Shown here: in pieces, positions 27,665-39,331 of the stretch | How positions within the stretch are numbered: position 1 is the stretch's first letter | How the letters are laid out: the number at the start of each line of letters is the position of its first letter | Assembly (NCBI GenBank): GCA_964434255.1 | Contig: CAYSUL010000001.1 | Coordinates: forward strand, 104,856-168,855 | Length of the DNA stretch: 64,000 nt | Direction of reading: 5' to 3' | From: an uncultured Candidatus Saccharibacteria bacterium | Lineage (GTDB): Bacteria > Patescibacteriota > Minisyncoccia > Phycocordibacterales > Phycocordibacteraceae | Notes under the pieces: generated by a model | Databases searched by the model: none | Told to the model about the DNA's origin: nothing | What the model saw: the letters and a program-made list of their open reading frames with translations, nothing else | Made by a program: the position numbers and the translations under genes

Positions 27665-29947
27665 ATGCCACGAACGAAATCCACATACCCCGCCTCGATC
27701 ATCAAGCGAGATGGGTCGAGCGCCCCATTCGAGCTTGAAAAGATTGCCCGTGCTATCGCGAAAGCGCTTGCGGCAGCGAGCGAAGGATCGAGCGAGGAAT
27801 CGATAACCGTCGCACGATCGGTCGCGGCTTCACTCCAAGGCGCGCTCGAACAAGGCGCGCGAACGGTGCCTTCGGTGGAGCAGGTGCAGGATATAGTCGA
27901 GGCGGAACTCATGAAGGCCGGGTACGTCGCGACCGCCAAGGCGTACATCCTGTATCGCGAGCATCACGCGAAGCTGCGCAAGGAAGCGTCCGACGTATCG
28001 CCCGCCATCCGCGCCGTCGTTTCCAAGAGTAAGGAATACTTCCCCAACCAGCTCTCCGAATTCGTCTACTACAGCACGTATTCCAGATGGCTCGACGACC
28101 AGGGCCGGCGCGAAGCCTGGGTCGAGACGGTCGACCGCTATATATCATTCATGCGGGAGAACCTGGGCGACAGGCTTACGCAGGACGAGTATCAGGAAGT
28201 ACGCGAGTACATGCTCGCTATGAAGGCGATGGGATCGATGCGGCTCCTGTGGAGCGCCGGCGCGCCGGCCCGGACATCGAATGTCTGCGTCTACAACTGC
28301 TCGTTCATAGCGCCCGCATGCTGGCAGGATTTCGCCGAAATAATGTACATCTCCATGTGCGGAACAGGCGTCGGCTTCTCGGTGGAGCGCCAGACCGTCG
28401 AGGCGCTTCCGGTAATCGAACAGCAGACCGGCGCTACCCTTCCCCAATACGTGATCGAAGATAGCAAGGAGGGCTGGGCGGATGCGCTTGCGTACGGCAT
28501 GGACGCCTGGGCGTCTGGCTCGGACGTTTCCTTCGATTACGGCCATATCCGCCCGCGAGGAGCGCGCCTCAAGACCATGGGTGGACGGGCCTCGGGACCG
28601 GAACCCTTGAAGAATCTCCTTGAGTTCGCGCGCGAGCGCATGCTGGAGCACCAAGGACGCCATCTCTCCACGCTCGATGTGCACGACCTGGTCTGCAAGA
28701 TCGGCGAGATCGTAGTGGCTGGAGGCGTGCGCCGAAGCGCTCTCATCTCCCTCTCCGACCTCGATGATATAGAGATGCGCGAGGCGAAGAACGGCCAGTT
28801 CTACCTGACGAATCCGCAGCGCGCTATGGCGAATAACTCCGCGGTCTATAACGAGAAGCCGACGGCAATCGAATTCATGGAGGAGTGGCTCAACCTGGCG
28901 AAGAGCGGGTCCGGCGAGCGCGGCATCTTCAATCGCGGAAGCCTTGAGAAGCAGCTGCCCGCACGCAGGTGGCCGCTCTTCGCGAAGGACCTCGCCCGAA
29001 GCGGCACGAACCCGTGCGGCGAGATCATCCTCAAGTCCAAACAATTCTGCAACCTGAGCGAAGTCGTGGTGCGCCCTGAGGATACGCTCGAGACCCTGGC
29101 TGCGAAGGTGCGTATCGCGACCATCCTTGGCACCTATCAAGCATCGCTCACTGATTTCCCGTACCTTTCGCCCGAATGGAAGAAGAATTGCGAAGAGGAG
29201 GCATTGCTCGGGGTGTCCATGACCGGGCAATGGGACAATGCGGCCGTACGCGATCCTGGCGTCCAACGCGCTCTCAAGGAAGTGGCCCTCGAGACGAACC
29301 AAATCTATGCGAAGCGCTTCGGCATCAATCCTTCCACGGCGATCACGGCAGTGAAGCCGTCCGGCAACGGCTCGCAGCTCTTCGATTGCGCATCCGGCAT
29401 GCACCCGCGGCATTCTAAATACTACCTGCGGCGCGTGCGCATCGAGGGACACAATCCGCTCAAGCGGCTCCTTGAGGACGCGGGCGTCCCTTGCGTGCCT
29501 GAAGTCGGGCAAACGAAGGATACCGCCACGACGTGGGTGCTCGAGTTCCCGGTGAAAGCGCCGGAAGACGCTGCCGTTAAGGGCGATCACACCGCGCTCG
29601 ATCAGCTTGAGTATTGGAAGATGGTGAAGGAGGAGTATTGCGAGCACAACCCTTCAGTGACCGTCACCATAGCCGCCGATGAATGGTTCGCGGTCGGCGA
29701 GTGGGTCTATGCGCATTGGGACATCGTCGGCGGGCTGTCGTTCCTGCCCAAAAGCGAGCATGTCTACCAACTCGCGCCGTACGAGGAGATAAGCAAGGAG
29801 CGGTACCTTGAGCTCGCCTCCGTCTTCCCCGCTATCGACTTCGCCCAACTGGTCCGCTACGAAACGGAGGACGCCACTACCGGAGCGAAGGAGCTTGCCT
29901 GCGTATCGGGCACCTGCGAGATCGACGTGCCTGCCCCGACTAACTGA
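27665..29947 (+). CDS. nrdJ: Class II (adenosylcobalamin-dependent) ribonucleotide reductase with ATP-cone
   Basis: IIKRDG ATP-cone; YNCSF, GTGVGFSV, GGVRRSALISL, TNPCGEI, VKPSG; C-terminal ELACVSGTC. Confidence 0.92.
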   Translation: MPRTKSTYPASIIKRDGSSAPFELEKIARAIAKALAAASEGSSEESITVARSVAASLQGALEQGARTVPSVEQVQDIVEAELMKAGYVATAKAYILYREHHAKLRKEASDVSPAIRAVVSKSKEYFPNQLSEFVYYSTYSRWLDDQGRREAWVETVDRYISFMRENLGDRLTQDEYQEVREYMLAMKAMGSMRLLWSAGAPARTSNVCVYNCSFIAPACWQDFAEIMYISMCGTGVGFSVERQTVEALPVIEQQTGATLPQYVIEDSKEGWADALAYGMDAWASGSDVSFDYGHIRPRGARLKTMGGRASGPEPLKNLLEFARERMLEHQGRHLSTLDVHDLVCKIGEIVVAGGVRRSALISLSDLDDIEMREAKNGQFYLTNPQRAMANNSAVYNEKPTAIEFMEEWLNLAKSGSGERGIFNRGSLEKQLPARRWPLFAKDLARSGTNPCGEIILKSKQFCNLSEVVVRPEDTLETLAAKVRIATILGTYQASLTDFPYLSPEWKKNCEEEALLGVSMTGQWDNAAVRDPGVQRALKEVALETNQIYAKRFGINPSTAITAVKPSGNGSQLFDCASGMHPRHSKYYLRRVRIEGHNPLKRLLEDAGVPCVPEVGQTKDTATTWVLEFPVKAPEDAAVKGDHTALDQLEYWKMVKEEYCEHNPSVTVTIAADEWFAVGEWVYAHWDIVGGLSFLPKSEHVYQLAPYEEISKERYLELASVFPAIDFAQLVRYETEDATTGAKELACVSGTCEIDVPAPTN

Positions 29948-29955
29948 AAACGCCT

Positions 29956-30498
29956 ATGAATATCTCCCTCTCGATGACCGCACGTATCGCTCTATTCTGC
30001 GCGCTCCTGGCGCTCGGCATAGGTTCGCGCTTCATTCCGCATCCGCCGGACATGACGGCATTGACCGCGGTCATATTCGCGGGCGCGCTGTATCTCGGGC
30101 CGCGGATGTCGCTCGTGCTCGCACTGTCCCTTCTCCTGGTGTCCGACGCGCTCATTGGTAGTTACGAACTGCCGGTGATGCTCTCCGTCTACGGCACCTT
30201 CCTCCTGATCGCGGGAGCTGGAATCCTTTTCGCGCGTTCAGGAAGCGTCGGCAACAAGGCTCTCGCGCTTGCGGGTGCCTCGCTACTGTTCTTCCTCGTC
30301 ACGAATGCCGCTGTGTGGTATTTCACGCCCTGGTACCCGAAGGATATCGGAGGGCTCATGGCCTCGTACACGCTTGGCCTTCCCTTCCTTAAGAACATGC
30401 TTATCGGCGACTTCATCTATACGCCGGCGCTGCTCGCTGCGCTCGCGCTCGTACTGAAGCCGTACCCGGCGCCGGCGCACTCTACGTATGCGGCATAG
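29956..30498 (+). CDS. DUF6580-like / ECF S-component-like membrane protein
   Basis: RFIPHPP, SD, FFLVTN.AVW, Y..GLPF..N.L.GD motifs; about 6 TM segments. Confidence 0.7.
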   Translation: MNISLSMTARIALFCALLALGIGSRFIPHPPDMTALTAVIFAGALYLGPRMSLVLALSLLLVSDALIGSYELPVMLSVYGTFLLIAGAGILFARSGSVGNKALALAGASLLFFLVTNAAVWYFTPWYPKDIGGLMASYTLGLPFLKNMLIGDFIYTPALLAALALVLKPYPAPAHSTYAA

Positions 30499-30925
30499 AA
30501 CGCTCATGGTCGGCAGCGTCGCGCTTGCAGCAGGGATAGCCGGCACTCTGCTAGCCCTTGAGGCTAGCGGGCCTTATCCTCCTACGCAGCCGCACGGAGC
30601 GGACGGGCATATGCATGCGGCGCCCCCGCATACGGACTCGCCTGCAGGAAAGATTCGCGATGCGGTCCCTGACCGTTCCTACGTTTTTGTCGCGGAGGCT
30701 ACAGGAACCGTAGAGACCCTCATGCAGGAAAAGCGGGCGGACGGTTCTCTCGCCTTCACAAGCAAGGAGTACCCAACGCTTGGTTCGTTCCTTGAATCAG
30801 TGAACGGAGTACGGAACGAGAACGGCGAATATTGGATGCTGCATATTAATGGAACGCGCTCTTCCGTCGGGATGTCGAGTGCTCCGGTAGTCCCTGGCGA
30901 CCGTATCGAATGGCGCTATGAATAG
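30488..30925 (+). CDS. DUF4430 (transcobalamin beta-domain-like) exported protein
   Basis: Signal/anchor; His-rich linker; GSFLESVNGV...YWMLHING..SSVG...PGDRIEWRY. Confidence 0.8.
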   Translation: MRHRTLMVGSVALAAGIAGTLLALEASGPYPPTQPHGADGHMHAAPPHTDSPAGKIRDAVPDRSYVFVAEATGTVETLMQEKRADGSLAFTSKEYPTLGSFLESVNGVRNENGEYWMLHINGTRSSVGMSSAPVVPGDRIEWRYE

Positions 30926-32870
30926 ATTCCTCTTCATCGCTCTCGCGGCCGTTCTTTCCGTAAGCGCTCCGCTCGGAGTGCGTGCCGACGAGATTGCCAC
31001 GACCTCGCCTGGAACGATCACGGATCCCATTGAAATTCCGGTCGAGCCGATCGTCGAGAGCACCACCTCGGCCGAGCCTATGATGGAGAGCGGTACCTCG
31101 ACCGAACCAATTGATGCGCCTGCGCCAGCGATCTCGATTCGGCTCAGCATCGAGAGCCACAGCGAAACGCTCTTCGATGGACCGCTGACCGTGACCGCGT
31201 GCCCGCGTTCCCCGGGCGACGCGACGGAGTCCATCAGCGGATACTGCGCCCTCGAGCAATCGGGCGTTGCCACGCGATGGTCCTGGTACGGGAATGACGC
31301 GTTCATCGACTCGATCGGAGGGGTGGCGAACGACCATGCCGCAAGCGCGTACTGGAACTGGTTCTCGGATCTTTCCTTCGGAGCGACTGCGCTTAACGCG
31401 CACGAGCTTCACGAGGGTGAATCACTACTCCTTACGATTGAACGATTCCCGCTGCGCGTGTCCCTCTCGCCGGACACGCTCGTCGCGAATAGCACGACAA
31501 CTGTGTCCGTGCTGCAGTTCGGATTCGATACGAGCTTCAACCCTGTATGGGAGCCTGCACCAGGAAGCATCGTCCTCATAAACGAAGAGTCGCATCAGGC
31601 CGATGTCGCAGGAACATTCGCCTACGTCCCTCCTGTAGCTGGAGAACTCACGATCGCCGCGACCAAGGAAGGGTACCTGTCAGCAGGCCCCGTCACGACG
31701 CACGTCGAGAATGCAGCCCTTCCCGCGCCAGACACGGACAATGGTAGCGGAAGCACCGCACCTCCTCAGCCTGAGGAGGATCCGGTCGCTAGCGCCCTTG
31801 AGTTCCTCCTTCATTATCAGCGGACGGACGGCTCCTTCCCGAATCCCCTGCTCACGGATTGGGCTGCGATAGCGCTCAAGAGCACGGGCGCCCCCACGAA
31901 GTCGCTGAAGAAGTACCTGACTGCGGCGTCCGACCCCTTGGAGACCGCGACAGATTTCGAACGAAGGGCGATGGCGCTTATGTCGCTTGGTATCGATCCG
32001 CAGGAGATGATCGAGGAAATAACCGATCGCTTCGATGGCACGCAGATCGGCGACCCCTCGCTCGTGAATGACGATATCTTCGGGCTCATAGCGCTCTCTC
32101 ACGCCGGGTACACCGACGCTGATGAGATCACGAAGGAAGTCACGTCCTTCGTCCTTGGCAGGCAGAAATCGAACGGCTCATGGGAAAGCGCTGACCTTAC
32201 CGCAGCAGCGATACAGGCGCTCGCTCCCCTCGATGCTCTCCCGGGCGTATCTAGCGCGGTATCGAAAGCGCGGGACTATCTCGCCTCAAACCAGCGACAG
32301 GACGGCTGCTTCGGCAACAGCTTCACGACCAGCTGGGGTATCATGGCTATCGTTGCGCTCGGCGACTCTCCTGACGGATGGCGTTCGGCTAGCGGGATAT
32401 CGCCGCTTGCGTGCCTGCGATCGCTCCAGGCTGCTGATGGTGGATTCGAGGAGGGAGCGGACGGAAATACACGAGCATGGGCGACCGCATACGCGATACC
32501 CGCCCTTGAAGAAGATACCTGGAACAAGCTGCTCGGCCAGTATCAAAGATCCATACCCCCAAAGGTCGAAGACGATGAGGCTCACCTCGTCGCGGCACTC
32601 CCCTTGGAATCAGAGCGCGCGACGACCACGGTCGAGGTATTTCCAGAAGCTCCTCTCCCCATGCTACCGATAGCCGTAACGGAACCGGCTATCTCTCGGA
32701 CGAGCGAGCAGGTTGTGCCTGGACCTCCTGCGCGGACATTAGCCGCAGCGGCCGTACTCGCGCTTCCAGAAGCGGTACCTGAACGGAGCGCGAGCATATG
32801 GTCGTTCTTCGCTGACATCGCTGCATTCTTCCTGAGCGGGATATACAATCTTCTATCGAAGACAGACTAG
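30918..32870 (+). CDS. Surface protein with DUF4430-like domain and prenyltransferase/squalene-cyclase-like alpha/alpha barrel
   Basis: Signal peptide; FIDSIGG...YWNW domain; QxxDGSF, QKSNGSW, QRQDGCF, QAADGGF repeats; C-terminal hydrophobic anchor. Confidence 0.78.
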   Translation: MNRFLFIALAAVLSVSAPLGVRADEIATTSPGTITDPIEIPVEPIVESTTSAEPMMESGTSTEPIDAPAPAISIRLSIESHSETLFDGPLTVTACPRSPGDATESISGYCALEQSGVATRWSWYGNDAFIDSIGGVANDHAASAYWNWFSDLSFGATALNAHELHEGESLLLTIERFPLRVSLSPDTLVANSTTTVSVLQFGFDTSFNPVWEPAPGSIVLINEESHQADVAGTFAYVPPVAGELTIAATKEGYLSAGPVTTHVENAALPAPDTDNGSGSTAPPQPEEDPVASALEFLLHYQRTDGSFPNPLLTDWAAIALKSTGAPTKSLKKYLTAASDPLETATDFERRAMALMSLGIDPQEMIEEITDRFDGTQIGDPSLVNDDIFGLIALSHAGYTDADEITKEVTSFVLGRQKSNGSWESADLTAAAIQALAPLDALPGVSSAVSKARDYLASNQRQDGCFGNSFTTSWGIMAIVALGDSPDGWRSASGISPLACLRSLQAADGGFEEGADGNTRAWATAYAIPALEEDTWNKLLGQYQRSIPPKVEDDEAHLVAALPLESERATTTVEVFPEAPLPMLPIAVTEPAISRTSEQVVPGPPARTLAAAAVLALPEAVPERSASIWSFFADIAAFFLSGIYNLLSKTD

Positions 32871-32926
32871 CCGACCGGGCGTGATGCAGATGCGCCGCCG
32901 CTAGACTGTTGGATCTCTGGGTGGAA

Positions 32927-32960
32927 AAGCGAAAGCCCGACTTTCGTCGGGCTTTCGCTT
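32927..32960. terminator. Bidirectional intrinsic terminator
   Basis: AAGCGAAAGCCCGAC-TTTC-GTCGGGCTTTCGCTT between convergent operons. Confidence 0.75.
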
Positions 32961-32995
32961 GCTTATTGCACTGGTAGGACAGGATTGGCACCAGA

Positions 32996-33952
32996 TCAAC
33001 CTTTGGGTACAGGCATGCTTCTAACTGAACGTCGAGGATCCTTCTTCGAGAACACGCTATTGATGGGCGTTTTCAGGAACGGAACACCCGTCTCCCTATC
33101 GAGAGTAATCTCCCCCGCACGCATATTCACCTGAAGCGAGGGAATTATGAGGCGCGGTACGCCAAGCGTCGTATCCCGCTGTATGCGAAGCGTAGTAAAT
33201 TCCTCAATGCTCGTGCGTGCGTTCAAATGCACATTGGTGCGCTTCTGTTCTCCGACCGTCGTCTCGTACCGGTATTCGGAACGACCTTCAGGAAGGTAAT
33301 CATGGCACATGAACATTCGCATTTCTTCAGGGAGCATGAAGAGCTTCTGGGCTGATGCATGCATATCCTTTGCACTCCCACCCGGAAAATCAACACGTGC
33401 AGTTCCATAGTCCGGCATGAAGAGGGTGTCCCCCGGAAATACCGCATCCCCTATCACATAGGTGACGTCTGCGGGTGTGTGGCCCGGGGTATAGAGTACC
33501 CGTACCGGGATATTCCCTATCGAAAACGTATCGTCTTCCTTGAACAATCGATCGAACTGGCTTCCGTCGCGTTGGAATTCCGTGCCTTCATTGAACACCT
33601 TGCCGAACACCTCCTGAACTTCGAGAATTCGTTCACCGATAGCCATCTTCCCGCCCAGCCGCTCCTTTAGGTACGGTGCCGCCGAGAGGTGATCCGCGTG
33701 TACATGTGTCTCAAGAATCCAGTCGACCGCATATCCGTGTTCTTCAACATAGCGGATGATACTGTCTGCACTCTCATACGAAATGGTTGCGCTATGCGGC
33801 TCGTAATCAAGCACACTATCGATAATGGCGCATCGCTTGGTCTCTCTGTCCGCGACCACGTAGCTCACGGTATTGGTCGCGTGGTCGAAGAATCCCTTGA
33901 CGGAGGGAGGATGGTTGAGGAACGATTCATAGCGATGCATAGGCAGATTCAA
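32996..33952 (-). CDS. Persulfide dioxygenase (ETHE1/Blh-like MBL fold)
   Basis: ETHVHADHLSAA, PGHTPA, GDTLFMPDYGTAR.DFPGG, CHDY, PSLQVNMRAG. Confidence 0.9.
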   Translation of the reverse strand: MNLPMHRYESFLNHPPSVKGFFDHATNTVSYVVADRETKRCAIIDSVLDYEPHSATISYESADSIIRYVEEHGYAVDWILETHVHADHLSAAPYLKERLGGKMAIGERILEVQEVFGKVFNEGTEFQRDGSQFDRLFKEDDTFSIGNIPVRVLYTPGHTPADVTYVIGDAVFPGDTLFMPDYGTARVDFPGGSAKDMHASAQKLFMLPEEMRMFMCHDYLPEGRSEYRYETTVGEQKRTNVHLNARTSIEEFTTLRIQRDTTLGVPRLIIPSLQVNMRAGEITLDRETGVPFLKTPINSVFSKKDPRRSVRSMPVPKG

Positions 33953-34477
33953 TTAGTCCTTATTCCAGGGCATACGCATAAGCAGCATGCTCATCCCGCA
34001 CCAGCCAGTGAGCCCGGCAAAAAGGAGCCCTGCCCCCACTACGGCAGAGAGAGCAAGCCACAGCGGCGAAGCGAGCAGGGCGAACACGTGCGCGAGGATA
34101 ACAAGCGCGCCAGCGACCAAGAGTGTCTGCCGCATGAGCGAAAGTCGTGAAGAAATCCGTTCCGTTCCGTACCCCGCCTGTTCCCAGGCGAGCAGGCCGC
34201 CCTCCACATTCACCAGCTCGGCCTGTATCCCGAGCGCAGAGAGCTTCTCTATCGCAGTACTGCCCCTACGCCCCGAACGGCAGTGCACGTAGATGGTCTT
34301 CTTATCCTTGAACTCGGCTATATGACGCTCCAACTCATCAAGCGGTACTGAACGTACCCCGCTTATATGCTTCTCCTTATACTCCTCAGGCGTACAGACA
34401 TTGATAAAATCGACCGACGGATTGTTCTTCTCTACATCTACGACCTCTTTGAATGACGATACGGAAATATGCTTCAT
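33953..34477 (-). CDS. Rhodanese + DUF2892 (YgaP-like) sulfurtransferase
   Basis: HCRSGRR active loop; GGLLAW; AGLTGWCGM..LL..MPWN. Confidence 0.88.
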   Translation of the reverse strand: MKHISVSSFKEVVDVEKNNPSVDFINVCTPEEYKEKHISGVRSVPLDELERHIAEFKDKKTIYVHCRSGRRGSTAIEKLSALGIQAELVNVEGGLLAWEQAGYGTERISSRLSLMRQTLLVAGALVILAHVFALLASPLWLALSAVVGAGLLFAGLTGWCGMSMLLMRMPWNKD

Positions 34478-34481
34478 ACGA

Positions 34482-34739
34482 TTAGGTAGTTAGAGTAATG
34501 ACGGCTCGTGCAAGGTTCGTATAGTCGCGAGAGGCGGTCTTGTAATAGACGTGGCGGCCGCTCGTGCGCGTGCGCACAACTCCTGTCTTACGCAGCACCG
34601 CGAGGTGCTGCGAGAGAGCGCTCTGGCTCAGATCGCATTTCTCGAGGAGGCCGGTCACCGTGCTCTCGCGTGCAAGGCACGCTACGAGCCGTACCCGCTC
34701 CGGGTTCCCGAACGCGCTACATAGTTCCCTTAACTTCAT
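34482..34739 (-). CDS. ArsR family regulator of the sulfur operon
   Basis: GNPERVRL, LSQSALSQHLAVLR, GRHVYY. Confidence 0.85.
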   Translation of the reverse strand: MKLRELCSAFGNPERVRLVACLARESTVTGLLEKCDLSQSALSQHLAVLRKTGVVRTRTSGRHVYYKTASRDYTNLARAVITLTT

Positions 34740-34740
34740 C

Positions 34741-34768
34741 AATACATATTAGCGAATACTAATGTATT
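34741..34768. promoter_or_regulatory. Putative ArsR operator
   Basis: Imperfect inverted repeat AATACATATTAG-CGAATA-CTAATGTATT directly upstream of the ArsR gene. Confidence 0.5.
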
Positions 34769-34800
34769 TGCAAGCACGTCACCGCTCTCGACTGGAAATG

Positions 34801-34828
34801 CAAAAGTCCGGCACGGGCCGGACTTTTG
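34801..34828. terminator. Terminator after tRNA-fMet
   Basis: CAAAAGTCCGGC-ACGG-GCCGGACTTTTG. Confidence 0.7.
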
Positions 34829-34835
34829 CTTCTTG

Positions 34836-34906
34836 TTGCGGGGGCCGGAATCGAACCGGCGTCTGGAGGTTATGAGCCTCCCGAGGTACCTCTCCTCTAC
34901 CCCGCT
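34836..34906 (-). tRNA. Initiator tRNA-fMet(CAU)
   Basis: Unpaired A1:A72, A11-U24, anticodon arm GGAGG-CTCATAA-CCTCC. Confidence 0.88.
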
Positions 34907-34952
34907 ATATCTATGTTATACGCCACAAAAACCCTCTTCGCAACCCATACAT

Positions 34953-35549
34953 CTATATCTCGCCGTGCTCCCGCATCACCGCCTCATATTTGTGTATCGT
35001 CCTATACGCCAGGTGGTCGTTCAGCTGGTACGCCGATCCTTCATGCGCGATGGAGTTACGCACCATATGCGCGTCCCATGCGTCCCGGATGGTCTTGAAG
35101 TGCGCCGGGTCCACCGCCTTGAGCTTCTCCCCTACCGAAGTTCCTAGGTACCCGAGCTGCGTAAGCAGGTCATCGAGCATGATATCGGCTTCGAGTATGG
35201 CTTGTCGCCAATCGTTCTCGTGCGGGCTCTCGATAAGCTCCATGACATGCGCCCAGCGGTTATGGTCGCGCTTGGTCTCGACGACCGCAGGATGCTGCGT
35301 CGCGTACTTCGGTGCCTCCTGCCGCTTAGTCTCAAGCATGCGGATAGTGGAGTGAATGAGCACCGCAAGCGCGGCAAGCGATATAAAGAAGCAGAGGATG
35401 GTCACGACCACCCAAAGAGCGCCTGTGAACGCGACGAAGTCGCCCCATGCGTCACCAGTCCCGCCGACCCTACCCCCCGTGAAGAGCTCGTAGAGAAGAC
35501 GGAAGAAGTAGGAAACGTTGAGGAAATGGATATCGGAATCGCTTCCCAT
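34953..35549 (-). CDS. Conserved hypothetical membrane protein
   Basis: TM helix then WRQAILEAD.MLD...GEKLK...AW.AH.VRN.IAHE motif. Confidence 0.7.
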   Translation of the reverse strand: MGSDSDIHFLNVSYFFRLLYELFTGGRVGGTGDAWGDFVAFTGALWVVVTILCFFISLAALAVLIHSTIRMLETKRQEAPKYATQHPAVVETKRDHNRWAHVMELIESPHENDWRQAILEADIMLDDLLTQLGYLGTSVGEKLKAVDPAHFKTIRDAWDAHMVRNSIAHEGSAYQLNDHLAYRTIHKYEAVMREHGEI

Positions 35550-35555
35550 TAGTCT

Positions 35556-36992
35556 CTAGTATAGCGTCTCGCCGGTGACTGCAGCACCTATCTTGAACAG
35601 AAGATCATCAGCTCCGTGAGGCGCGGTGAAATGGATGCCAGTCGGAAGCGTGCTTCCCTCGCGCACTACCGTTCCCATCGGTACCGAAATGGCCGGCATG
35701 CCAGTCAGGTTCGCAGTCACCGTAAAGATATCCTCGATGTACATGGAGACCGGATCGCTCTTCTCGCCGAACTTGAACGCGGGCGACGGCGTGGTCGGGA
35801 ACGCGATTACATCCACATCCGCGAAGGCCGCATTGTATTCGTTCGTGAGTACGAGACGTGCGGCATCCGCCTTGCGGTAATACGCATCGATATAGCCTGA
35901 GGAGAGCACGAACGTGCCGAGCAGTATGCGGCGCTTGGTCTCCGCACCGAATCCTTCGGTGCGCGCCTGTATGTAATCCTGGAGCAGGTCCTTACCGCGC
36001 GCAGCATGCCCGTACCGTATACCATCGAAGCGTGCGAGGTTGGTGGAGGCTTCGGCCGGCATGATGACGTAGTACACGGGGAGTGCGGACGCGCTGGTCG
36101 GAAGCGAGACTTCGGTCACTTCGTGGCCTGCGGCCGTAAGAGCATCGAGCGTCGCATCGAAATGGGCACGCACATCCGCATCTACCCCTTCGGAAAGAAG
36201 GTGCATCGGTACCCCGATACGGAGTTTCTCTCTCACCTCTTTCTTTGGATAGGTATCGTCCCCGATGCTCGTCGAATCAAGGGGATCTTTCCCGCGAATG
36301 GTTTCGTACAACGCCTTCGCATCAGCTACCGTGCGTGCGAGCGGTCCTGCCTGGTCGAGCGAACTTCCGAGCGCGATGAGACCGCTTCGCGAGACCGCAC
36401 CATACGTCGGCTTCATACCGACGAGTCCGCAGTGGGCCGCGGGCTGACGAATGGAGCCGCCCGTATCGGTACCAAGCGCAGCGAGCGCCATGTTGGCCGC
36501 AGCGGCAGCGGACGAGCCGCCGGACGAGCCGCCTGGAACTCGTGCAGTATCGAGCGGGTTCAGGACCTTCCCGAATGCAGAGTGCTCGGTGGAGCTTCCC
36601 ATCGCGAACTCGTCCATGTTCGTGCGCCCTACGAAAAGCGCGCCTGCTTCTTTGAGCTTATGGGTCACGGTCGCGTCATACGTGGCCGTATAGTTCGCAA
36701 GCATCTTCGAGGCCGCGCTCGCGATATGGCCTTCGATGAGGATGTTGTCCTTCATCGCAAGCGGGATGCCGCACAAGAGCGGGGCGGCGTCCCCTTCCTC
36801 ATCGATACGCTTCTGCGCGTACGCTATCGCTTGCTCGTCCGCTTCGAAGATCTCGAGGTATGCATTCAATTCCGGATTGCGCTTAACCGCTTCAGCTGCC
36901 ACCGCGTCCCACAGCTCGTGTACCGTTATCTCCTTGGCGCGGAGCTTCTTCCCCGCCTCGATTATGGAAAGCTCGTTCAGTAGCTTACTCAT
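35556..36992 (-). CDS. gatA: Asp/Glu-tRNA amidotransferase subunit A
   Basis: KDNI, TNMDEFAMGSSTE, PGGSSGGS, DTGGSIRQPA, RRILLGTFVLS. Confidence 0.97.
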   Translation of the reverse strand: MSKLLNELSIIEAGKKLRAKEITVHELWDAVAAEAVKRNPELNAYLEIFEADEQAIAYAQKRIDEEGDAAPLLCGIPLAMKDNILIEGHIASAASKMLANYTATYDATVTHKLKEAGALFVGRTNMDEFAMGSSTEHSAFGKVLNPLDTARVPGGSSGGSSAAAAANMALAALGTDTGGSIRQPAAHCGLVGMKPTYGAVSRSGLIALGSSLDQAGPLARTVADAKALYETIRGKDPLDSTSIGDDTYPKKEVREKLRIGVPMHLLSEGVDADVRAHFDATLDALTAAGHEVTEVSLPTSASALPVYYVIMPAEASTNLARFDGIRYGHAARGKDLLQDYIQARTEGFGAETKRRILLGTFVLSSGYIDAYYRKADAARLVLTNEYNAAFADVDVIAFPTTPSPAFKFGEKSDPVSMYIEDIFTVTANLTGMPAISVPMGTVVREGSTLPTGIHFTAPHGADDLLFKIGAAVTGETLY

Positions 36993-37275
36993 GGGTAAGT
37001 ATCTTCTTCACGAGAAGATGGTTGCCATCCTTGTCCGGGAACTGCTCGACAAGTGCCTGGGTGTATTTCCCCCCCTCATGCGGCTCGCCGTCCTCGCGGA
37101 ACACATTGCGGACAACACCAGCAGTCGGCGTCTCGTGCGCAAGCGTGAGCTCATCGAGCTTTCCCACGTACGCGAGGACCGCGTCGAATTCCTTAGTAAA
37201 CGAGGCGAGCTCGGCCTCGGGCACTTCTATACGCGCGAGCGCCGCGAGCTTCTGTACGTCTTCGGGAGTAGCCAT
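36985..37275 (-). CDS. gatC: Asp/Glu-tRNA amidotransferase subunit C
   Basis: DVQKLAALARI...NVFRED; coupled to gatA. Confidence 0.92.
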   Translation of the reverse strand: MATPEDVQKLAALARIEVPEAELASFTKEFDAVLAYVGKLDELTLAHETPTAGVVRNVFREDGEPHEGGKYTQALVEQFPDKDGNHLLVKKILTHE

Positions 37276-37288
37276 TGCCGCCACTTTA

Positions 37289-39331
<2,043 letters not shown>

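Noticed and set aside
23032-34768. Accessory block between tRNA-Met and tRNA-fMet as an integrative element
   Set aside because: No integrase or transposase, and no duplicated tRNA 3' end (att site) seen.
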